From: Antedon mediterranea
Taxonomy: Eukaryota; Animalia; Echinodermata
Reading direction: 5' to 3'
NCBI RefSeq assembly: GCF_964355755.1
Contig: NC_092676.1
Location: forward strand, 22,586,871 to 22,650,870
DNA: 64,000 bases
Under the pieces are notes generated by a model, which did no database searches, had not been told where the DNA came from, and worked only from the letters and a program-made list of their open reading frames with translations. The translations under genes were made by a program, and so were the position numbers. Position 1 is the first letter of the stretch, and each line of letters opens with the position of its first letter. Below are positions 53,407-64,000 of the stretch, in pieces.

Positions 53407-55761
53407 TGTCTGTGTAAAAAAACGTCATATTTTAGATTAAATATGACACATCGTTGAATAGAACAGTCAATCCAAAACCCATTAAAATATTCTCCCCATT
53501 GAACCTGCAAAAACATTCATTATTTGTATATGAATAATCATAATTCATGAAATACTGTACATGTATGTTCATCATGTTACCACCGTTGCTGTCGTTACAA
53601 ACGTAAACAGTTTTTGTATACATGAAATCCGTGGTTAGGATTGCATATTGTACTCTAAACATTGTTGTCAGAAAAAAAAGCTCTAACAAAATCAATACTG
53701 AATGCAGGATAAAAGAAACACTAAGCTGGGGAGACTCCGGTGCAATATCCAATTGTCGACTGGGCCGGGTCTGGCCACAGCTTGGTACGTTAGGCCTATT
53801 GGTGCTTTGCGGCCCATAACGGGATAGGCCTACTGGAAATTGAGCATATAAAACGTCAGGGCCAAACTGTACTAAAACGCATCCAAATTACAGGAGAAAT
53901 AAAGAAAATAATGGTATCCTACATTAAAAAATGGTCTTAATTTAATGAAGACCATGGATTCGTCATAGAGGACAAGGGGTTTCCCCATGCCGGCAAAAAA
54001 ATCACCTGACTCGATGTTTAGTGTATAGAGAGCAAATTAATTGATGAAGAGATGGACAATTATTAAAACAAGCATGTGCATTTCCTGCAGTTTGACTCTC
54101 TTAACAATTTAAAGAGTGAAACTCGTTCTATAAGAATGAGAACAATTTACACTAAACAGCGATTTTACAATAGGAGAGGAACTTAAGATTGTTGTTTACA
54201 AAAAAAACAAGAAAATGGCCCAGCTGTAAAAGGAAAATTGAATTGTTGGTATGTTTCGACAACAAATTAATTTGAATTATTTTTTATGATTTTAATTATC
54301 TGTCTATAGACAATAATTTTAGATTAGTTATTTCAGTCAGAGAAAAGTATAATTATAAGCCTACTCATTTCACTTGTGATTTCACTCTTCCCTGGTTCTA
54401 TTCAGTGCTGTTCATGTTGCCAGAATGTTACAAGTTATTAATGGTTTTTAAAGTAAAAAACAAAAACAAAAAACAATATTTTAGGCTTACTTACCAATGT
54501 GGGATGTTACCAGACTTTCACCATCGCAGCAATATTGTAGAAAAGAACACAGACGAATTAGGGAGATGGGTGTGTGTGGTAGAGCGACACTTTGTCATCG
54601 GGCGTAAGCACAGAGATAGACAGACTGGACGTGTTACAGAACCAACAATACACGAATGTCATAGGGCATATGTTGAAACTTCCGACTCATGCATCCCTTA
54701 CATAGTACAACAGTTTGAGTCGGTAGTGCTTTACATTGTGAACTGAATTAGAACTAAAACAACACTATTCCAACGGAATAAATTGATCTAGGTAAATCGG
54801 GTGTTATATGCTAAATATTGGCTTGCAGTTTGTTAAATTGACCGATATCGGATAAGGTCGGAGTGCCTATTTCTCACAAAAAAGGAGGGTTCGATAAATG
54901 AATAGAAAATTATAATAACAATAGATAACCATTGTTTTAATTGATTCATAAAAACAATTAAAAGTTAACTGTTATATGATTGGACAGTTTCATGGGAATT
55001 TCCAATAGAACACGTTACATTATTATTATAGAATAACTGATCACACGCATGTTACTCGCGAAATATGGTAAATGATTTTCTAGAGACAGGTAGTGCGAAT
55101 GTATAGGCCTACTATAAAATATAAAGATCAAAACGTTGAATCATGGCTTGCCTCTCGTTATTTGAAGAAGTTAGTTGTATGCTCTGTACCGTACAAATAT
55201 ACTATTGTCCCCCCCCCCCCCGCAAACCCCTACATTTCGAAAATAGAAACATTTACAGTAGATTCTCTCGTTGATCAATTATATTCGTTATAAATGTCAT
55301 TGGTATAGTTCACAACTTGCCAATTGATGTTATGACTTCACGACAAGATTTACAATTTTACATCAACATGTACAAATAAACACACTGTATTCGTACGGTT
55401 TGGCATTTGTCGTTAATGCTCTTTACAAAAATCCAATTCAATAGCTGCATTTCCTTCAATTGGTTGGACGATTAGAACGCGCTTGTGTTATCCAGCCAGA
55501 AAATTATATAAACAATTGAACAATAAGTTGTACAATCCAGAAATAACAACAACGGTGGAAAGTGGCTCTCTACAGTGAAAATTGAATCTGGAATAGCAAG
55601 CCGGGTACTTAAGTGTTTGTATTTAAGGACTAAGATGTGCAGATGACTTTGCTACTGATATAGAGATACACTTGGTCCCGTAAGGTTCAAAATACAAGGT
55701 AAGGCTCAGGTAATGTTTAAAATTGTACTTACAAATGAAAATTAGTAGAATAGATTAGATA

Positions 55762-56235
55762 AAGAATTCAATCTTGCTTCATTTTGAGAGAACTCAATCT
55801 TGATTCATTCTGAAAGAATTCAAATCTTGCTTCATTAGAATTCAATCTTGATTCATTCTGAAAGAATTCAATCTTGATTGATTCTGAAAGAATTCAATCT
55901 TGATTCATTCTGAAATAATTCAATCTTGTTTCATGCATTCTGAGATAATTAAATCGTTACTTTTCGAGAGAATTTAACCTTGCTTCATTCTGAGACAATT
56001 CAATCTTGTCTTTCTAAGAGAATTCAATCTTGCTTCATTCTGAGAGAATTCAATCTTGTCTTTTTTGAGAGAATTCAATCTTGTTTTATTCTGAAAGAAT
56101 TCAATATTGACCCGACTAGACTTTAATCTTGTTTTATTCTGAGAGAATTCAACCGTGTTTCATTCCGAGAGAATTAAATCTTGACTTTCTGAAAGAATTC
56201 ATTTTCTTGTGATCACTTCAGAAGGAATTCGATCT
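55762..56235. repeat. Degenerate ~24-26-bp minisatellite
   Basis: Unit ~GAATTCAATCTTG(A/C)TTCATTCTGA(A/G)A, roughly 15-18 copies. Confidence 0.85.
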
Positions 56236-57349
56236 TGTAGTTCTCTTTATTCACGATTTAAACCTTTCCTTAAAAAAACAACTAGAAAACTTATATTTAT
56301 ATAACCGTAATTTATTCGTCTACCATAATGTTGGTCCAAAATGCTAAATCAGTGTATGAGCCCACACAATTGAAGTATGTCACTAGATTGGGTTCAAATC
56401 CCAACAGGGAATAAACGTTTCATATTACCACAAAACATTACTTGTGAGTCGAAAACGAATGTACAGTGATTTACTGAAGGAAAAGTGTTGAAGTATAATA
56501 AGATAAATACTGTCAACTGGGGGTACGATTTATATTCATTTGGTGGCTTTATATGCACATTAAAATTCTGACATGTACCTATGTATATGTTACCGGTTGT
56601 ATGTGGTGAATTCTTACAGGCACATATTGAAATTATGACCTTGTGTTGTGTTTCAATATTGTATATTATTACATTATCATTTCTTTAAGAATCAGCATTT
56701 TTCCCTTTTTTTTAAAGTAAACTTTTTAAATCTGCATTTTATAAAGTATTTCAAACTCAGTATGTTTATTTTTACTCAATTTCAGAGAGTGTTCTTATTT
56801 TAAATATTAACATACTTTTATTACTTGATGTAGTATCTTGTGAAATAGAGATTTTGTAGAATTACACAAACGTGCAAATTTTCTCATTTCAGAGGCTGTT
56901 CTTTTTTCTTTTTTTTTATTCAGTATATTACACAGAGACGCCTTATAAGATGGAACCACCTTAGCTTCAAGGCGCCTCAGATTAACAAATACAACATTTT
57001 AAAACAACTAACAGAAACATCAATCAAATCTTCCAGAATTAACAAGAAATTGTTGTACATAATAAAATAATAAAGCATTTTCACAATTCGAAGAGGCTGT
57101 TCTTACACAGTGCATTTCATATAACATAAAACGTTTCTTATATTTTTATTCTATTATAGTTTGATACAAATAAAATACAGATTTTGAGCCAAATCCTTTT
57201 TAAAATATTCAAAATGCTTTATCAGGAAATTAAACCTTGTCAGCAGGAATGACGCTAGATTCTTCAAGAAAAAACATTTCAAAAGCCTTTTTTTTTCCCC
57301 ATTTATAATTATTTATAAAAAACACGTTTCTTTTTCAGATTTATTAAGT

Positions 57350-59665
57350 ATGGCGTATATCTATGGTAACGCTATACACGTGAGCGCAGCTATGTTTGTG
57401 CTAGGGTTCATTCAGTTACTCATGTGGGCAGCTTGTTTCTTTGGCTGTCAAGTGTGGGGTCAATATGACTACGGCATCGCTGTACTTGCCGGTGTATTTG
57501 TAAGTATTTACAAAAATGTTGTGTATATATGGAACGCCGTTTACGCAACATTTCGATGATATGAATTTTATGACGTGATATGTGAATGAAATGCATCGAT
57601 ATGAATTGAATGGCGCGATATATAAATGAAATGTTTTGAATTGAATGCTGTGAATTGAATGTTTTGAATGAAATGTTTTGAATGAAATGTTTTGAATGAA
57701 ATGTTTTGAATGAAATGTTTTGAATTGAATGTTTTAAATGAAATGTTTTGAATGAAATGTTTTGAATGAAATGTTTTGAATTGAATTGAAAAGTCAAACT
57801 ATTGGTGGCGTATGTCATTCTCGCTCGCGATTATTTTCTCAACCTCTTAGGCCTAAGCCTGGGTACCCTCATCTCCTTTCTTCCACGCTGCCTTTACAGA
57901 GAATCCTAACAGACCTGGGTTCGGAAATATGTATTCCAATGTTTCAGGTCTGTTAGGGAGTCTCTGTAAAGGATTCATGTTGATGACAGCGTTGAAAGGA
58001 GATGAGGGTACCCATGCTTAGGCCTATTAAGAGGTTGAAAAAAAATCGCGAGCGGGAATGACATACGCCGCCAATAGTTTGACTTTTCAATTCAATTCAA
58101 ACATTCATTTTCATTCAAAACATTTAATTCAAAACATTTCATTCAAAACATTTCATTCAAAACATTTTATTCAAAACATTCAATTCAAAACATTTCATTC
58201 AAAACATTTCATTCAAAACATTCAATTCAAAGCATTCAATTCAAAACATTTCATTCATATATCACGCCATTCAATTCATATCGATGCATTTCATTCACAT
58301 ATCGCGTCATAAAATTCATATCATCGAAATGTTGCGTAAACGGCGTTCCATATGTATACACATTGTGGACGATTGAGTGATGTTTGGTTGCGACACGACA
58401 TGAATGGGCCATTAACGATGATACTTGTCATTTGATTATTGTTGTATGTGTTGTGGCTAATTCAAACCAGTTCCATAACACTATTGAAGATCTATAACGA
58501 TGGTTTCATGAAACCACGGTTTATAATAGTAAAGAAAAGCGCCTTTTTGATAGAAATTAGAAAATGTAATAACTAGGTAGGCCTACATATTCAATCTGAG
58601 TATGTGTTTTTATTAATGTTTTGGTAGAGACTTTTCAATTCATTTTTTTTTCATTATTGAATATATATTATTTTCTCATTGCAGGCAATGTGGACTGGAC
58701 TATATGGAGTATATATGACAAAGAAAACACTGGATCGACGACTTGTAAGTGCTTTTCTTGTAGCTAGGATTTGGTCACCATGGAGATAGACCAAAACAAT
58801 GGATCTTGTCATCATCATCCTCATCATTATTATGTTTATTGATATCATCATTTCATTAACCTTCTCCTTCATTATCATCATTAGTAGGACTTGTGTTGAA
58901 AGCAATGGATATGAATACGGATTGCTTCAGAATAGAGATCTCATGTCTTCGATCTGAAGCATCTTACCATATATACAGAACTTGCGAGGATAAATTATTT
59001 TCACCATTAGATTAAACCGAATCCTTGGAACAATTCCAATAAAACATGTCGAATAAACATTTAAATGTTTACTGCAAATCTTATTTAATTTTATTTTAGG
59101 GCGGTGGCTTTCTCTGTTCCAGTATCATTCTTATTTTAATCTGTGCATGCTGCATCTTTTTGAATACCTATTCTGGACTCAAAGAGTACGAATATATCAC
59201 TAACATGGAGTCGTCCAGTGAAGTCCCCCGGGACATCACTGGACTTGTTATCTACGGTACAATAGACTTCTTTGCGATTTTTCTACTTGTTGCTGCGTGT
59301 TATGCCTCGTTTATGAACTGTTGCTGTGAACCGCTACCTCCAAAGGTAAGTATACCGCGATCATGTAATGGTTATTATAACCGATAACGTATAATGGTAG
59401 GCCCAACGTACGCTTACAAATAAGGGATATAAGGGGAACGTACCTCTTGTGTTCACGGCTATGTATGAGCACAACAATTGTCCTCTGAAGGGGTAGGCCT
59501 ATTTGCCGATCAGGCATTTTAAACCTTCAGTCTCAATTCTTGTGGTGCATAACCAACATTAAGATTAATGGTTATTTAACTATTTTCTTTTAGGAATTTG
59601 GCTTTTCATACCTGAACCACGAGGATCAACGCGGGGTTTCTCTTGTCGATGCGAATTACGTATGA
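57350..59665 (+). CDS. MS4A/CD20-like four-transmembrane protein C (175 aa)
   Basis: Exons: 57350-57499, 58685-58744, 59100-59345, 59594-59665 (stop TGA), all phase 0 and GT-AG. Four TM segments and NCCC after TM4. The 60-nt and 246-nt exons equal those of gene B in size. Candidate 5'UTR exon with donor AAG|GTAAGG at ~55698; AATAAA at ~60066. Confidence 0.8.
57528..58352. mobile_element. ~825-bp foldback element with TATGG..CCATA termini and 6-bp direct repeat, in intron of gene C
   Basis: Arms ~57528-57925 and ~57943-58352 are reverse complements, including an internal (GAATGAAATGTTTT)n array; TGTATA flanks both ends (57522-57527, 58353-58358). Confidence 0.85.
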
Positions 59666-62600
59666 GATATAGCCCAATTTCTACAATCATCAGTGCTAAA
59701 CTTCTTTGATTGAAAGGTTTTAGTTTAGTTTATAGGGTTGCTTTAGAGATTTACCATTTTTTAGCCTTCATAGACTAGGAGAAAACAAAAACCGACGTAA
59801 CAACTGTTAGAATGACGATTAGGCTACCTAACGTTACGTTCACACTTGTAACGGTAACAGTTTGGTTCTCATTAGAACAGGCATGGAGAAATAGACTTCT
59901 TTACCACCTAGAACGCATCAAGCTTAGTATCAAATAGACTGTTCGAAAACCGTAGGCATATAGTTTGTATGATTTCGTTATAACAGACAGATGGTTGTAT
60001 AAGATTAATGACGTGAGCAGTATAACCTAATCTGCCATTGCTACTGCACTTTCTTAATCTTTGTAAATAAATATTCTATTGTAATCTAAATTTCAGTTTT
60101 TTGTACATCTACATGTTTATATTATTATCTATGAAAAATGTTGAAGTTGCATAAGGTCGGGTTTTATCATTGAGTGAGACGTCCGTCACGTGCATGATGC
60201 AGTTCATTATATCGCCCTCTGTCACTTATCTTACATTTAATTACCCATGTATCAAGTTGCTCCCCGTATTACGTCTGTTTTTATGACAACGCCTATTTTA
60301 ATACTGTAGTGACAAGTGGTTTTGTATACGGGGCTCCTCTTCAGACATTATAATTACCATGATTAATTAATGAAGTGCGAGAATACAATTAAAATAACAG
60401 TTGTAATAGCTAGTTTGGAGGAAAAGTACTTTTGTAAACTTTATGTGACAAGTTGTTTGGTTGTATACGGGGCGCCTCTTGAAACAAATTATAGTATCTC
60501 GTGGGAAATACAAAAACAGCCGCACAACTCATTACCATGATTAATTAATCTAATTTTGAGGGCGATATGAGTAGACTGGAGAAATGATAACGGAGTATAA
60601 TGTAAAATCATCGCACCTATGTACGGTTATCTTGGATGATTCAGTGCCACCACTCAGTACCAGAGACCCAAGTTCATTCACATTGAAATTAGAATAATCT
60701 GAACAGTTGAAGCATTTAAACTGGTATACCTTATATTGTAATACAATTCAGCTTCAGCTTGAACGGTGTAATACAATAAAACCTGATCACAACACTTTTG
60801 TGAACAAAACCCACGAAGCGTTATGGTTTCGGTTCAGTAACCATTAAGATTGACAATAATTGTATGTAGGCACTATTGTTTGCTTTTGGGTGTTGCCGCT
60901 TTCGCCCTCTTTTCAGCCTTTGTTTACTGCTGCTTCACGAGAGACCTGCGTACCAATACACTCTGAACGGTGGTGTAGCTTGGAAGCTCTTTTCTATAAA
61001 GGTAAGTCCTAAAATAATATATAGTGTTACTATAGGGTTAAATGAGTGTTTATTCGTGTTATGTACATCGTATCTGTAAATTAATAGAAGTTACCTTTGA
61101 GAATTATTACAAATGTTAAGACAAAGTTACTGATTGTCGAATTTAAACGAATCACAGCAGAGATTTGGCATTGTAACCTGTGTCCGCGCGAACATATCAC
61201 GTAAGTTTAGTTTGATAAAACGGATAAACAGGTTTATAATTAGGCCTATATAACCAGATATAACCATGGAGTAAAGAATAATATAATAATTCTTTACTCC
61301 ATGATATAACAATGACTTACTTTGTGAAAATCACGGCCGGTAGTTTTAGGTTAATTAACCATAACAAACATTATAATAAGTTTAAATATACACACTTTTT
61401 ATTTGCATCCTTTTATCAACTGAAAAGTGTACAGTATAATATTAATATTTCATATATAAATGCTAGTATTAACGACAGAAATCAGGTTCCCTCACAAGTC
61501 CGTAGATTTAATTTAATCATAATATGGGTTCAAATGTTACTTTCCGCAGACATTATAGCGGTAGGCCCAATGTCTGAACGGATCCGTCTGAACAAGGAGT
61601 TGTTATAAATAACTACCTGGTCTGAACAAGTAACTGTATATACTCGATCATATTTACTGACCATGACACCCATCCATTTAAATTATTACCAGAGTGCTAT
61701 GCTAATTATATTCTTCTAGTCAACTTTTTGTTAACTTTAAGTATGTTCAAATATCGCCTCCGCCTTAATACAACACGGAAACAACCACTGTTCACTATGT
61801 ACATAATGTAATCTGTTTGGTTGAAGTAGATAGGGCTTTGACAAAACTGTGGAAAAACAAATACTGTACTTTAAAAAGTTAGTTTGCAACTTGGGAAGTA
61901 AGCCGTTCAACCCATGTTTGTCAGTTACTGGCACTGTCATCATAACTTGGAGAAGTTAGAAAATAATTCACACATTTTTATATTTTATTCATAAACACTT
62001 ATGGTGACAATCGAATAACAGTGTGAGATGGTGTATAGTAATAAGTAAATTAATAAATAATAAAACGCAATATACGGAAGGGAATGGGAAAAAGTTAAAA
62101 ATATATGTTATATACGTGTGTAAACTTTCATTGGAAAGTCTTCAAGCGAAGAATTCTACATTACGATAAACTCAGGGTACAGTGTTAGTAATGCGACTGT
62201 TCCTGTCGAAAAACATGACGGTTAATTCGAATGGCAAGACTGGTTTGTGTTATGGATATATATTTTACTATGATTTAAAAATTATTTTATAAATTATGTT
62301 AAGTGAATCGCAATTTCTTTTTCTAATGGGTACAAAAGGTTAATCCTGTAAAAGAAGTGTGTACGTACAACAAAATTTCGATGCACTAGTACAATTGAAT
62401 TATTCAATTCTATAGTTACAAAGAATTTCTCACACTTTGACAAACATAAATTGAAGTCTTATTCTTATGTAAAAACGAATCCATTGATGTCCAAAGAAGT
62501 GTGTAAAGTAGTTATAGTTATTTCCTCAACAAAAATGTCTATAAATCTAACACTGTACCAGTTGTGTCCAACTATAGTTAGAACTATTCTAAAGAAAGTA

Positions 62601-63486
62601 CAGTATCGTTGTTGAATATTGAAAAAAATCTAAATGTGTAATAGATCAAACAATTTAATAGAGCAAATTAATGATTAATACATTGGGTTTTTAACATTAT
62701 GTGATTCGTGTGTGCTACACCGAGGAGACGGGAAACGTAAATTGAAATAAACACAAACATTAACACTAACGTTAATGAAGATTTGTTATTCGGATAGCTA
62801 AGACATAGGTGCCTTTAAAGTGTGAGTAAGTTCCTTTGTAAAACCGAACCACAGTGTAATCTTTGGAGTGAAAGTGGAATCATTAGGTTCATTGACTATG
62901 ACTTCGTTGTCAATTGTCATTTTTTTCTTACAATGTGGTGTAATTAACAAAGAATGTCTTTCTTGTGACATTCCAATGTTCCTTTTAAAAATAGTATCAC
63001 ACTGAGAAATGGAAACAAGATAACGAATAGCCAATCTGAATTAACGAACTTGCACTGAGAAGTGTCAAACGACTGTACTATTCAGCTTAAGAGGAATAAT
63101 AAGTTGGCCTTAAATGGTATTTCGATAATTGAACCGATTTTTTTGTATACAATTCAGTGCTCTATAAAAATTACTATATACTGTATACCCTATTGTTAAG
63201 TTTGTTTTCGCTTGATTTACTAGATCATATAAAGTTCAAATTGTAAATGTTAATACGGTAAAAGAAAAGTATTGTAAAAGTACAGTAGGCTCTTACTAGA
63301 ATCAGAAGCAATTATGGTCAAAAATAGAAAACTTACACATCCATATGCATAGGAAATAAAGTTTTTCGCATGCAATAATATATTAACCGATGTATTACAT
63401 CTTATGAATTTGCAAAAAGTGATATTCCAAATATATACTTAATGATTATTTATTGTTGTTTTAGAACTTTATCAAGATACATCACA

Positions 63487-63690
63487 ATGACATCAGAGAG
63501 TTGCTGTTTATGCGGTAAAGCAGGGATTCTTTCAATCAGTGCTCTAGCGCTAGTGGCAGCCCTAGTCAATGCTGGTGTGTGGGTGAGCTGTGCAGTGGAA
63601 TACTGTGACATATACAATGCAACAGATATTAAGAATGAATGGGAGGTCGCTGTTCTTTGGTATACCCCACCAGTGGTGGCATTGGTGTTG
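63487..63690 (+). CDS. First coding exon of MS4A-like protein D (continues beyond the right edge)
   Basis: Acceptor ttttag at 63464, ATG at 63487, MTSESCCLCGKAGILSISALALVAALVNAGVWVSCAVEYC...LWYTPPVVALVL, phase-0 donor TTG|GTAAGT at 63691. Same TM1 + W-x-x-C-x3-4-C + TM2-start layout as B and C. Candidate 5'UTR exon ending AAG|GTAAGT at ~61001. Confidence 0.65.
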
Positions 63691-64000
63691 GTAAGTATTC
63701 ATCCCATTATTCCCTGATCCAGGTTTATAGATTTAAAATACTTCAAGGGGACTACCGTACTTACACAAATATGTATACTGTTACAAAATATATTTGTAAT
63801 TAGACACATTTAAAAGAAATATTACAGTTTAAGCTTATACTAAATGTCGAAATATATTTTCAATTGCAGAATAAATTAATTCTTGGAAGAGGTAATCTGG
63901 CTTTAAATGTTAAAAACTTGAAATGCATTCAAACTAGTCTTGAGATGTCTTATTCCAAAAACGGGTTTGTCATTTTATATAATTTCGTTGTTTTTTTCAA

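Noticed and set aside
56891-57104. AGAGGCTGTTCTT direct repeat as a target duplication around a poly(A) retro-insertion
   Set aside because: Similarity extends 5' of both copies and a third degenerate copy lies at ~56783, so an old local tandem repeat explains it equally well.
57420-58312. ORFs 57420-57818 (-) and 58058-58312 (+)
   Set aside because: Mirror-image translations of the satellite-containing foldback arms.

Overview
AT-rich, intron-rich animal genomic DNA, probably an invertebrate (lineage is an inference; there are no prokaryotic features). (1) The 5' part of a p190 RhoGAP gene (ARHGAP35/ARHGAP5-like, - strand): 7 coding exons reconstructed by hand from 21177 down to 235, including a ~15.1-kb intron; the gene continues past the left edge. 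(2) A complete 16-exon CPSF3/CPSF73 gene (+, 30702-39264, ~697 aa), head-to-head with p190. (3) A cluster of at least four very divergent four-transmembrane MS4A/CD20-like paralogs (42.5-64 kb; two on -, two on +) with shared phase-0 exon architecture. Introns and intergenic DNA hold many non-autonomous DNA transposons (Kolobok-like TTAA elements, a piggyBac derivative, Harbinger-like MITEs, a TATGG-ended ~825-bp foldback), tRNA-derived SINEs, a LINE fragment and minisatellites. Main leads: the orphan MS4A-like cluster; a 2.6-kb Kolobok element with two inward-facing first-exon-like units inside p190 intron 1; copy-to-copy evidence that the abundant TACTGTA/TACAGTA words are Tc1/mariner excision footprints; and TAGGCCTA tracts that follow first-exon donors. 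All coordinates were read by eye and no searches were run.
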